From a virus (lineage: Duplodnaviria; Caudoviricetes), in IMG/VR virus record IMGVR_UViG_3300009149_000091, positions 1 through 41,386 of that record: a stretch of DNA of 41,386 nucleotides. The stretch is one strand, 5' to 3'. Of the stretch, positions 19,227 through 28,786 are shown in pieces. Under the pieces are notes generated by a model. That model searched no databases. It was not told the DNA's origin and saw only the letters and a list, made by a program, of their open reading frames with translations. The position numbers and the translations under genes are program-made. The first letter of the stretch is position 1. The number at the start of each line of letters is the position of its first letter.

Positions 19227-19739
19227 ATGGGAAACAAAATGGTTCCAAATAATAGAAAATATAAACAAGGTAGATACACTTGTCAAAATCCCGATAAATA
19301 CATAGGAGATTTAGAAAGAATTTATTATCGTTCTTCTTGGGAACAGAAACTTTACTATTATCTCGATATGAATAAAAAAGTGTCCAAATGGTGTGCAGAG
19401 CATGTCACTATACCATATGAAATAAATGAAAATGGTCATTATAGTACACACCGTTATTATCCAGATGCTTATTGTGAAATAATAAAATCAGATGGGAATA
19501 CACAAAGGGTTGTAATAGAAATAAAGCCTTGGAGTGAATACAGAGATTTAGAACCACCAAAAGAACCAAAAAATAAAACTATGAAATCTTTAAGAAATTA
19601 CGAATATGCTCTTAGAACATTTCAAAAGAATATAATTAAATGGCAGGCAGCTAAAAAATTCTGTGAAAGAAGAGGAATGGAATTTTATATAATGACCGAG
19701 AAATTTTTTCAAGCGGATAATAAAATAAAATTGTTCTAA
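19227..19739 (+). CDS. gp4: T4 gp4-like head completion nuclease (TnsA-like PD-(D/E)xK)
   Basis: NPDKYIGD...YRSSWE...IPY...HRYYPD...IEIKP...KWQAAKKFC. Confidence 0.9.
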   Translation: MGNKMVPNNRKYKQGRYTCQNPDKYIGDLERIYYRSSWEQKLYYYLDMNKKVSKWCAEHVTIPYEINENGHYSTHRYYPDAYCEIIKSDGNTQRVVIEIKPWSEYRDLEPPKEPKNKTMKSLRNYEYALRTFQKNIIKWQAAKKFCERRGMEFYIMTEKFFQADNKIKLF

Positions 19740-19741
19740 TT

Positions 19742-20554
19742 ATGACATTTAAAGATGAATGTTATTCTTTATTTGGTGAATATAATAGAAACTGGAAAAG
19801 TATTGTATATGATTCTACTGATATTATTTTTAATTTAAAGAAGAATAACAATAATGAAGTGATGTTAACAAACCCGAAGAAAATAATTCCCCATAAATTT
19901 TATTTAATGGAATATATTTATATTAAAGATAAATATTATACAGAAAAGTTTTTAGAAACAAAAAATGTGCCATATTTAAGAATATGGTGTCCAATATATT
20001 TATTGGGTATGAAATATTCAGATAAAATCGTGGAAAAAATTAACACGAATAAAAAATTAATAATGTATGCAATAAATTTAGATTATTTACCATATAAATA
20101 TAGAATACCATTTTTTGATGTGATATTTCATAGAAATTATGAATTTGTGGAAAAGAATAAAGATTTAATTTTTAAAGGGGAAGATGTATTAAATGAATAT
20201 CCTTTAAAAAACGTAACAGCTTTACAAACTTATAATTTATTGAAAAATTATGGTGGGTTTGAATATTCTTTAACAGCGTATGATCCAAGTAAGATATACG
20301 GGTTTGTTCATAATCAAACCAGATTGTACTCTATATCATCAACGATTGCTCATAGATTTATGTTTATAGATTGTAAAAGGATAAATAAAATGAAAATAAT
20401 GGAAACATTAAAAGAAAGTGAAGTTCAATTTGAAAGAGATAAAATAAAATTAATATTGGATACATTAGATGAATTATTAGGTGATATCGAGAGTGAAGAA
20501 AAACGATTATATCAGAAATTAAGACTATTAGAGAATTATTTCGAAATTGTTTAA
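19742..20554 (+). CDS. Possible T4 gp2-like DNA end protector
   Basis: AINLDYLPYKYR resembles the gp2 LNLHYLP..R motif; adjacent to gp4. Confidence 0.5.
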   Translation: MTFKDECYSLFGEYNRNWKSIVYDSTDIIFNLKKNNNNEVMLTNPKKIIPHKFYLMEYIYIKDKYYTEKFLETKNVPYLRIWCPIYLLGMKYSDKIVEKINTNKKLIMYAINLDYLPYKYRIPFFDVIFHRNYEFVEKNKDLIFKGEDVLNEYPLKNVTALQTYNLLKNYGGFEYSLTAYDPSKIYGFVHNQTRLYSISSTIAHRFMFIDCKRINKMKIMETLKESEVQFERDKIKLILDTLDELLGDIESEEKRLYQKLRLLENYFEIV

Positions 20555-20635
20555 AACTTTTACGTTATTATAAAATAATATATACATTAATCAACACAAT
20601 GATTATGAAGTTGAAATAAAAAATAATTAATAATT

Positions 20636-22438
20636 GTGGCAAGTTATAAAGGTGATTACACAGCTCAAAGTCAACAAGTAAATCCTACTATATTTAATAG
20701 AGTTTTAAGAGGTCTATCAAATGTGTTTGGTGGATTAGACTATAATGATATGAAAATAAGGAATGCTTATGCTTTAGGGGTTCATGAAGAGACTAGTGAT
20801 GTTGCATATCACCCACAAAGTACGAATATGTACGATTTATTTACCAAAAAAACCATAGCACGTTTCTTAGATAAAAAATCAATCGCGTATTTAGATAGAA
20901 CTTACTTGGATAAACGTAAAATATTAAGACAATATTCAATTAAAGATGAAATAAAAGATTTTATTGTTCAAATATGTGATGAATGTATCATATATGATGA
21001 AAATAATAAATTTTGTTATGTGAAAGACTTGCCAGAAACGTTTGATCATACTGTTCGTCAGAAATATCAAGAAACTTTCAGTAGATTAATGAATGAATTT
21101 AATTTTATTGATGGTGTAGTTGCTTGGAATTATTTAAGAACATTATTAATTGATGGTTATCTTGCTTTTGAAATTATTTATGATGATAGACAAAAAAATA
21201 TCATAGATATTGCACCTTTGGATCCTATGACACTTATTGTGGCTACAGATCCAATGTCAAATTCTATGATTTGGATTCAATTTCCTGATAACCCACAACT
21301 CCGTAGAATATTATTAGATTCACAAATAGTTTATATATCATATTCTAATAATAATGAGTATGGTGATACTAGTTACATTGAAAGTCTTATTAGACCTTAC
21401 AATCAATTAAAAATGCTTGAACAAGCAAAATTATTATACAATATTAACCAAGCGTCATTATACAAAAAATTTATAATCCCTGTTGATGGGTTATCAAGAC
21501 AACAAGCGGAACAACAAATTTATGAATTAATGAGTGATTATCATGAAGATGTTCAATGGGATGAACATTTAGGATTAGTTTCTATGGGTGGAAGTACTAA
21601 TATACCACATAGTAAAGATTTTTGGTTCCCATCATCTGCTGGTCAAAGTCCAACATTTGATATTGTTAAACCAGAACAAAATAACTTAGCTGAAGATACA
21701 ACACTTCATTGGTTCTATAGAAATTTTAAAAGAGCAAGTAAAATCCCATTTCAACGTCATGAAGAAGAATCGGGTGGTGGTACATTATATGATAGTACAA
21801 CTCAAATTACGAGAGATGAAATAAAATTTAAAAATTATATTAATAGAATTAGAACTATATTCAAAGAATTATTAACAAAACCGTTAAGAATTCAAATGAT
21901 TTTAGATTTTCCAGAACTAAGGAAAGATGTTGTTTTTGCTAATTCATTAAAATTATTATTCAATTCTGATGTATTATTTGAAGAATGGAAATATTTAGCA
22001 AATCTAGATAAAAGATCACAAATAGCTGCTACATTAAGTAGTAATTTATTAGATATGGAAGGGAAACCATATTTAGCGGTTGAGTGGATTATGAGAAATG
22101 TGATGAAATTTTCAGATGCTGATATTGAAGAGAATGAAAAATATAAAATGATTGAAAGACGAAAAGCCATGCAAAATGCTGGATTAAACCCACCAGAAGA
22201 AGGTGGTGGTCCACCTATGGGTGGAGGTGGTTCACCGTTTGGTGGAGGTGGTGGTGATATGGGAATGCCACCAGATATGGGAGCTGAAGGTGGTGGACCT
22301 GAAATGGGTGGACCACCTCAAGGTGAAATGGGTGGTGAAATGGGTGGACCTGAAATGGGTGGAGGACCTCAAACTGGTGGACCTCAAGGCGGAGCGCCAC
22401 AAGGCGGAGCACCACAAGGTCAAACCCCAGTAATTTAA
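20636..22438 (+). CDS. gp20: T4 gp20-like portal protein with Gly/Pro/Met-rich C-terminal tail
   Basis: LIDGYLAFE, SYIESLIRPYNQLKMLE, KDFWFP, FKRASKIPFQR, ITRDEIKF; GTG start; TAATATATA at 20576..20584. Confidence 0.93.
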   Translation: MASYKGDYTAQSQQVNPTIFNRVLRGLSNVFGGLDYNDMKIRNAYALGVHEETSDVAYHPQSTNMYDLFTKKTIARFLDKKSIAYLDRTYLDKRKILRQYSIKDEIKDFIVQICDECIIYDENNKFCYVKDLPETFDHTVRQKYQETFSRLMNEFNFIDGVVAWNYLRTLLIDGYLAFEIIYDDRQKNIIDIAPLDPMTLIVATDPMSNSMIWIQFPDNPQLRRILLDSQIVYISYSNNNEYGDTSYIESLIRPYNQLKMLEQAKLLYNINQASLYKKFIIPVDGLSRQQAEQQIYELMSDYHEDVQWDEHLGLVSMGGSTNIPHSKDFWFPSSAGQSPTFDIVKPEQNNLAEDTTLHWFYRNFKRASKIPFQRHEEESGGGTLYDSTTQITRDEIKFKNYINRIRTIFKELLTKPLRIQMILDFPELRKDVVFANSLKLLFNSDVLFEEWKYLANLDKRSQIAATLSSNLLDMEGKPYLAVEWIMRNVMKFSDADIEENEKYKMIERRKAMQNAGLNPPEEGGGPPMGGGGSPFGGGGGDMGMPPDMGAEGGGPEMGGPPQGEMGGEMGGPEMGGGPQTGGPQGGAPQGGAPQGQTPVI

Positions 22439-23016
22439 TAATAAACTTTATATAATTTTCTAGCTGTATCAATTGTAAGTCCAAAATCTAATAATTTTGG
22501 TTTACCATTAATTTGACCCCAGTTTTTAATACTGGAAATATCATAAATATCTAAATTGAATTCAGATAAGAATTTTTTCAGTCTGACAGCAAATGGGTTT
22601 TTTTCGTATTTATATTTATCGAAACTATAATTACCATGATTTAACCAATGACACATATGATTAAAATCCATGTGTGTTAATTTTTTAAATTCTTCTTCTC
22701 TTATGAAATTTAATTTTTCTAAAACAATCCATTTACCATCTTTGTCATAATCATAAACTTTTGCAACTAAATCCCCATATTTTTCTTGTATTTCTGGATT
22801 AGATTCAGTTAAATTTTGGGCAATTCCCTTTTTATTTCTTGCAATTTTTATAACTTTATTATCCATAAAATAAACATATCTCGCACTTCCCATATATGGA
22901 TATTTATTACCTAGTTCTTTTTGTACATATTTTTTTCTTTGATTAAATGTTTTTAAACCACTAATATTAGATGTGGATAAATTTTCATTTATAAAATCAT
23001 TGAATTTTGTTAACAT
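22435..23016 (-). CDS. Protein-kinase-like fold protein with CTS-like leader
   Basis: GSARYVY (Gly-loop-like), VIKIA, QNLTE, D....KNWG and LLDFG; N-terminus MLTKFNDFINE. Confidence 0.7.
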   Translation of the reverse strand: MLTKFNDFINENLSTSNISGLKTFNQRKKYVQKELGNKYPYMGSARYVYFMDNKVIKIARNKKGIAQNLTESNPEIQEKYGDLVAKVYDYDKDGKWIVLEKLNFIREEEFKKLTHMDFNHMCHWLNHGNYSFDKYKYEKNPFAVRLKKFLSEFNLDIYDISSIKNWGQINGKPKLLDFGLTIDTARKLYKVYY

Positions 23017-23027
23017 ATAATTATATA

Positions 23028-23378
23028 TTAAGAAGTGGATTTAATTTTTTTAATAGATTTACTTATTTTTTCTTTAATTTTTTTACTTTTTGATGGGTTA
23101 TCTACACCCCAATTCTTCAAACTAGTTTCTCTTCTTTTTATTTCAGCACATTTTCTACACATATATATATTGGTATATTTTTTATACTCAAAATATTTCA
23201 TGTTTCTTTCTTTTCCACAATTATCACATTTAACTTCCACTTCATAATGACTACTATCTGGTAAATCATTTACTTTTATTTTTACTGAATCCAACATTTC
23301 TATATCATATCCTTTGTTTCTAAAATGACCTATATTTCTTTTTGTTATTACTATAACAATTTCATCAGATATTAACAT
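23028..23378 (-). CDS. Zn-binding protein resembling the N-terminal part of mobile endonucleases; no nuclease domain
   Basis: CDNC...CRKC followed by one KNWGVDNPSKS repeat, then stop. Confidence 0.55.
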   Translation of the reverse strand: MLISDEIVIVITKRNIGHFRNKGYDIEMLDSVKIKVNDLPDSSHYEVEVKCDNCGKERNMKYFEYKKYTNIYMCRKCAEIKRRETSLKNWGVDNPSKSKKIKEKISKSIKKIKSTS

Positions 23379-23497
23379 TTTTCGTACATCTTTTTTTCAT
23401 TATATATTAGATAGTTAAGGTCAAAAATTACTTTTATATGGAAAAATGACATATTTAATGGATAATATATAAAACAAAAAACATTGAAACTCCATCT

Positions 23498-25918
23498 ATG
23501 AAAAATGTAATGATTATTGATAATACATTGGGAGGTTTGGAAAAAATCAATGAGGTTGTAAGTCGTAAAGGTAATACTCTATATATCATGAAGGGTATAT
23601 TTACTGAGTTTTTGATTAAAAATAGAAACGAGAGAATATACACCCCAGAGAAATTTTTACCACATCTTAGTGAATTATTAGAAAGGAAAAAATTACTTAA
23701 AGTAGTCTATGGTGAATTCGATCATCCTGATGTGTTTGATACTAGTTTAACACGTATTTCTCACACTATTCAAAACGCGTGGTATGTCAAAGAAAACAAC
23801 CGTGTTGATGGTGAGATTCGATTAACAAGTACATTTTACGGAAAGGAAGCGAGGGCACTCGTAGATGACGATCTACCTATATTCGTTTCTAGTAGAGCTG
23901 CGGGAGTAACAGAATCAAATGGGGAAGTGACTGTAAAGAAACTTTTCACATATGATGCGGTTGCTGATCCGGGGTTTAGTTCTGCCAGAATGGAATTAAA
24001 AAACATGAATGAATCATTAGGGTTCAATGAAAACGTAAACTTCAGGATATTCGATATGTCCGAGGAGTCAAAAATAAATGAATTGTTCAATATGGAAAAC
24101 AACGAAAACAGAACTCAAGAGAAAATGGAAGAGTTCAAAGAGTATTTAGACGAACAGTTAGTAAAAACAGAAAAATCCATCGAAGAAACGTTAAAAACGA
24201 AAAATTTCGATCCGGAAAAACTTACTCGTCTTTATGAAGAATTCGAATCTTTGAGTCATGGACAAAAGAAGATGGCTGAATATCTTGATCACATTGCAGA
24301 TTCAATAAATGTTTTAATTGAAGAAAACAAAGAATTAAAGAAAACAAACGAAAAACTAGAAATCAAAGTTGAAAAAACTAAAGACAGAACAAAAGATCTT
24401 GTCAAACACAATGATTATTTAGCAGAAAGTTTGGAAAAAACAATGGATTATTTAGGATATGTTGTAGAATCTACTGATAAAGTTATCGATTATCAAAAGT
24501 ATATCGCTGAAAAATTGGATAATGGAATTTCCTTTATCGAATATGTAGCTGAAAACGTAGATTATACAATAAAATATAGTGAATATATCGCTGAAAATTA
24601 CGATAAAATCGTTGATTACACCGAATATGTCGCTGAAAATTTAGATAAGAATATAGCTTACACCGAATATGTCGCTGAAAATCTTGATAACGCTATCGAT
24701 TATAGTGAGTATATTGGTGAAAATGCTGAAAAAATTATTGATTATACACAATATATTGCTGAACATGTTGATAATGCTATCAGATATACAGAATATGTAG
24801 GTGAAAATGTTGATAATTCAATCAGATATGGTGAATATGTAGCTGAAGAAGTAACTGATGTTATGGCATATCAGAAATATAACGCCGAAGTTCTAGATAG
24901 AACTATCGATTACACAAAACAAATAGTTGAAAAACTCAATTCATCTGAAGGATTACCATTAAACGAAGCAATTGGTGAAATGGACGATATGACAACAGAT
25001 GATCCAACCGCTTATTACGATAAACCAGAAGAAACTGAAGAAGAAACTGAAGAACCAACAAATGTTGAAGAACCAGTAGAAACATCAGATGAAGAAACTC
25101 AAGATGAAACTCAAGATGAAATTCAAGATGAAATTCAAGATGAAACACAAGATGAAGAAGATATTGAAGGTGTAAATACCGAAGAAATACAAGATGAAGA
25201 AGGTGAAGATTCTGAAATGGGTATTGTTCCGGGTATGGTCGTAAAAATCGATGATGATAAAACAGGTGAAGTCCTAGCAACTAACGATGACAATAAAATT
25301 GTTGTGGTTAAAATAGGTGAAACCGGTGAAACCGAAGAAATAGATGAATCAAGACTTACTATTATCGGTACAGGTAAAATTTATGAAAGTGAAGAAAAAT
25401 TACATACAGACGTACAGAATTTAATTTTAGCCGCTAAAGAACGTAAAGCATCTAAAGTAGAAGATCCACACTTCCTATTATTCTTAAATGAAAAGCAAAA
25501 AGTTAATTATTTTAACTTGACGCCAGAAGATAAGGAGAGAGTTAACTTTGCAATGAACGAAAACAAAGGAAAATATACTAACGCGGGAGAAGTTCTTTCA
25601 ATAATTCAGAAAGCGATCACTAAATCAACACAATCTTTAGGAGAAATGTTGGTTGAAAACATTCCAAGTGATTTAAAACCATTATGGGAAAGTTTAAATC
25701 CGAAAGTTCAAGAAGGTATTTTAAGTGGAGCACAATTTTATACAAATCTAACTGAGGATAAAGTAGAATCATTCTGGGTAACTAGAGATCTACAAGATTA
25801 TGCATCAAGAACTAACGCTAGTAAGAAAGTGTTAAATGAGAATATTGACTCATATGACAATTTCAAACTATCGGATGAACAACTTGAAGCATACAAAAAC
25901 ATTCTTAACAGATATTAA
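23498..25918 (+). CDS. gp21: Prohead protease (gp21-like) fused to a repetitive scaffold/core region
   Basis: KNRNERIY, GEFDHP, ISH, VSSRAAG and TYDAVADPGF protease motifs in the first ~170 aa, then coiled coil, ~13 14-aa repeats and an acidic linker; lies between portal and capsid. Confidence 0.9.
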   Translation: MKNVMIIDNTLGGLEKINEVVSRKGNTLYIMKGIFTEFLIKNRNERIYTPEKFLPHLSELLERKKLLKVVYGEFDHPDVFDTSLTRISHTIQNAWYVKENNRVDGEIRLTSTFYGKEARALVDDDLPIFVSSRAAGVTESNGEVTVKKLFTYDAVADPGFSSARMELKNMNESLGFNENVNFRIFDMSEESKINELFNMENNENRTQEKMEEFKEYLDEQLVKTEKSIEETLKTKNFDPEKLTRLYEEFESLSHGQKKMAEYLDHIADSINVLIEENKELKKTNEKLEIKVEKTKDRTKDLVKHNDYLAESLEKTMDYLGYVVESTDKVIDYQKYIAEKLDNGISFIEYVAENVDYTIKYSEYIAENYDKIVDYTEYVAENLDKNIAYTEYVAENLDNAIDYSEYIGENAEKIIDYTQYIAEHVDNAIRYTEYVGENVDNSIRYGEYVAEEVTDVMAYQKYNAEVLDRTIDYTKQIVEKLNSSEGLPLNEAIGEMDDMTTDDPTAYYDKPEETEEETEEPTNVEEPVETSDEETQDETQDEIQDEIQDETQDEEDIEGVNTEEIQDEEGEDSEMGIVPGMVVKIDDDKTGEVLATNDDNKIVVVKIGETGETEEIDESRLTIIGTGKIYESEEKLHTDVQNLILAAKERKASKVEDPHFLLFLNEKQKVNYFNLTPEDKERVNFAMNENKGKYTNAGEVLSIIQKAITKSTQSLGEMLVENIPSDLKPLWESLNPKVQEGILSGAQFYTNLTEDKVESFWVTRDLQDYASRTNASKKVLNENIDSYDNFKLSDEQLEAYKNILNRY
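24407..24940 (+). repeat. About 13 degenerate 42-bp (14-aa) repeats, consensus YxEY(V/I)AENxDxxIx
   Basis: For example YSEYIAENYDKIVD, YTEYVAENLDKNIA, YTEYVAENLDNAID. Confidence 0.9.
25094..25156 (+). repeat. 12-bp tandem repeats encoding E(T/I)QD
   Basis: gaaactcaagat / gaaattcaagat units, about 5 copies. Confidence 0.85.
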
Positions 25919-25969
25919 TCTGTTAAAGCTATGTAAATGACCAAAATGGAAAAAAATGAAGTTTTGAGT

Positions 25970-25979
25970 TAAATATATA
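25970..25979 (+). promoter_or_regulatory. Putative late promoter TAAATATATA for the major capsid gene
   Basis: 27 bp upstream of the ATG; same motif as before the other head genes. Confidence 0.7.
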
Positions 25980-26006
25980 GTTAAAAAAATAATCAAAAAA
26001 ATAATT

Positions 26007-27800
26007 ATGGCACACTTTATAGTAGATAAAGCAAAAGCTTTAAAGAAATGGTCACCAATACTTGAAGCCCTTAAAGTTAAGGACGACGAGAAAAGAGAAT
26101 GGATGGCCGAATATGCTGAAATGCACCAGCTTCATATTAATGAAAACGTTGCATACACAACCTTAAACCAAAATGGTATGGGTAATATTTTAGCTCCAAC
26201 AGTTGGAACTATTCCTGCTTCCGTATGGCAAGCTGGTGCTGGTAACATTGGTAGTGGTGACGTAGCTCAAAACTTACTTCCAGTAAGTATGAAGATAGCT
26301 GCTCAAACTATTGGTTTGGATTTAGTAGCTGTAAAACCAACAGCATCCCCAAGAATTGAATTGTTATTTGTTGACTTCAAATACGATAACGCTTATGGTG
26401 ATGGTAGTCGTGAAGATACAGACGCTGAACAAAGACCATTGGTTTTCAAAATTGCAACCACATCACAAGATACCACTATTTTAACTGACTTACAATGGCA
26501 GTTAAGTGCAGCTGGTATCCAAGAACGTATTGGTGGTATCGCACAAAGAACTTGGGTTTATTTAGGTTCAGGTAAAACTGCAGCTCAAATATTAGCAGGT
26601 CCGGGAACAGGAACAAAAGAAGCTTGGTTAGAATTCTTAGGATTCTCAAGAATTGATGGACTTCCAATTTTCCGTTGTTATCGTCAAGCTGGTTTCTCAG
26701 TTGGTGCATTAACACCACAAGATGCAACTCCAGCATGGTCACAAACCAAAAACACATTTGATCAATCAACAGCTATCGTAACAACTTTAGCAAGTGGTTT
26801 CCAATTTGTTTCAGGTACAACTGCTAGCAAAACAACTGCTGTAACTGGTTATTTATCAGGTGTAACAGTAAGTTTGATTTCATTGTTAGAAGATCAATTA
26901 CCGGGATTCTCTGGTGGTTTTAATGATTTTGAAACCCCTTGGACAACTGGTGTTCAAGACAACTACAAATCACAAGGTGGTGGTCCGATGAACAGATATC
27001 AGGATGAGAAAACTTATCCGGGTGTTATTGGTCCAGATGTATTCACCAAAGTAGTAACTGTCGGTGACATCGAGATCAGTTCAGCATTAAAGAGAACTCA
27101 AATTGAAGATATCAAAGCTGCAACAGGTATGGATATCGTTCAAAAATTAGAAGGTGTTCTTATCAATGAATTAACTCAGGTTATTTCTAAAGAGATTGTA
27201 GCTAAAATCAGAAGTTTAGCTTTGAAAAATAGAATCTCACATACAGCTCCTAAAAACGCTGACGGTACAAGTAAATTCGACTTCGATGTTGATACTTACT
27301 TAGCTACAACAGGTGTACCGGGAGGTGAAACAACTCACTCCATCCAACGTAAATTAGTTGCTAAGATTAACAACGCATCTAACTTTATCGCTACTGATGG
27401 ACGTATCGGTCCAGCTCAATACTTAGTAACAAACGGTAACATTGCTTCCGTATTACAAGATATTGCTGGTTACACACTTAACCCAACCAACGTTGGTAAA
27501 TTAAATACTAATGGTCAGTTATATCCAATGGGTAACATTGGTAACATCCAAATCTACGTTGATCCTTATATGAGATGGGATGATAACTACATTTATGTAG
27601 GAAGAAAGAATACTATTGATCAACCGGGTCTTGTCTTTATTCCTTATTTAATGGCACAATCTATCAGTTTAATTAGTGAAGCTACTTGGGCTCCTAGAAT
27701 GTTAATCCGTTCAAGATACGCTGTATCTGATATCGGTTTCTTCCCAGAAAAACAATTCATGGGAATCTCTGTAACTGACACACATGGTTACTTAATTTAA
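26007..27800 (+). CDS. gp23: T4 gp23-like major capsid protein
   Basis: KKWSPILE N-terminus, DLVAVKP, QIEDIKA.TGMD...L...LINELTQ.I.KEI, IYVDPY, GLVFIPY, PRMLIRSRY; C-ending codon bias typical of high expression. Confidence 0.95.
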   Translation: MAHFIVDKAKALKKWSPILEALKVKDDEKREWMAEYAEMHQLHINENVAYTTLNQNGMGNILAPTVGTIPASVWQAGAGNIGSGDVAQNLLPVSMKIAAQTIGLDLVAVKPTASPRIELLFVDFKYDNAYGDGSREDTDAEQRPLVFKIATTSQDTTILTDLQWQLSAAGIQERIGGIAQRTWVYLGSGKTAAQILAGPGTGTKEAWLEFLGFSRIDGLPIFRCYRQAGFSVGALTPQDATPAWSQTKNTFDQSTAIVTTLASGFQFVSGTTASKTTAVTGYLSGVTVSLISLLEDQLPGFSGGFNDFETPWTTGVQDNYKSQGGGPMNRYQDEKTYPGVIGPDVFTKVVTVGDIEISSALKRTQIEDIKAATGMDIVQKLEGVLINELTQVISKEIVAKIRSLALKNRISHTAPKNADGTSKFDFDVDTYLATTGVPGGETTHSIQRKLVAKINNASNFIATDGRIGPAQYLVTNGNIASVLQDIAGYTLNPTNVGKLNTNGQLYPMGNIGNIQIYVDPYMRWDDNYIYVGRKNTIDQPGLVFIPYLMAQSISLISEATWAPRMLIRSRYAVSDIGFFPEKQFMGISVTDTHGYLI

Positions 27801-27825
27801 TCTAACGGGTTTAAATACCACATAC

Positions 27826-27857
27826 AAAAAAGCCAGATTTTATCTGGCTTTTTTTTT
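27826..27857. terminator. Bidirectional Rho-independent terminator
   Basis: aaaaaagccagat-ttt-atctggctttttt between convergent genes. Confidence 0.92.
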
Positions 27858-27865
27858 ACCTATGG

Positions 27866-28786
27866 TTAAGGTTTATATAGGTTATTTTTTTTAATATATT
27901 TATAAACATCTTTATCAATCATTTTTAATAATAGTTGAATTTCTAATTGTTGTCCCGGTTTTACAATATTTGAATGATCCCAAATATTTCCAATCAATTT
28001 TCTTATTTCTGTTGATGATGTTTCGATAATACCTGTTTTTTCTTTATTTAAGAAGATATGTGGGGGTTTTAAGTACCAATCGATATTTGGGTCTCTTTCC
28101 ACACCCAATCTTGGTATAACAACAAATCTCATTAAACGTTCAAGTTCTTCATAATTAACCCACGAACTAAAAGAGTTAGCGTTATCTTGACCTATAATCA
28201 TACTAAATTGATGAGTTTCCATCAATTCTTTCTCTTCTTTTAACCTTTTAACAAGATAATATGTCTCACCGAAGAATTTATTACGGATTTCATAATCAAA
28301 AACTTTAATTCGTTTATCAATTTGTATAGCTATTTCACACATTTCTAATCTTTGTTTTGCAGAAACCATATCTTTGTTATACATATGGTGAAAACAAGGT
28401 AAAATCCACACTTCATCGAATTCATTACTGGTATTTAGAACAAATTGTGCTGTTTGAATATGACCAATGTGAATTGGATCAAAAGCACCACCATATAATG
28501 CAACTTTTATTTTTCTTCCAAGAGTTTTATATTGTTCTTTTCTTCTATTAATTTTATTTAACGTATCTTGAATCAAATCTTCATAATTCCACCCAGATTC
28601 GGAACATAACATAATTAAAGATGATAACAAATCTCCTGTTTCTTCTTTAATATTTTGAATATCATTCCATCTTATAAGTTCAAAAAATTCATTTTGAACA
28701 TCAATAATTCGCTCTTTAAATGGTGTATAACCAAAATTTTTTTCAAATGTTATCTTAATTTTTTCTTGTAAATCCTTTGTGTCCAT
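27866..28786 (-). CDS. nadD: MazG-like pyrophosphohydrolase fused to NadD-like nicotinate/nicotinamide mononucleotide adenylyltransferase
   Basis: N-terminal EFFEL...IKEETGDLL (MazG-like); C-terminal GGAFDPIHIGH, IIGQDN, W and SSTEIRK. Confidence 0.88.
   Translation of the reverse strand: MDTKDLQEKIKITFEKNFGYTPFKERIIDVQNEFFELIRWNDIQNIKEETGDLLSSLIMLCSESGWNYEDLIQDTLNKINRRKEQYKTLGRKIKVALYGGAFDPIHIGHIQTAQFVLNTSNEFDEVWILPCFHHMYNKDMVSAKQRLEMCEIAIQIDKRIKVFDYEIRNKFFGETYYLVKRLKEEKELMETHQFSMIIGQDNANSFSSWVNYEELERLMRFVVIPRLGVERDPNIDWYLKPPHIFLNKEKTGIIETSSTEIRKLIGNIWDHSNIVKPGQQLEIQLLLKMIDKDVYKYIKKNNLYKP

Noticed and set aside
24407-24940. 42-bp periodicity as a CRISPR array or a DGR template/variable repeat
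   Set aside because: These are in-frame protein repeats with synonymous divergence; there are no spacers, no adenine-specific mismatches and no reverse transcriptase.
20636-27800. Introns or inteins in portal, protease or capsid genes
   Set aside because: The frames are continuous and no intein splice motifs were seen; the extra length is explained by low-complexity, scaffold or insertion regions.
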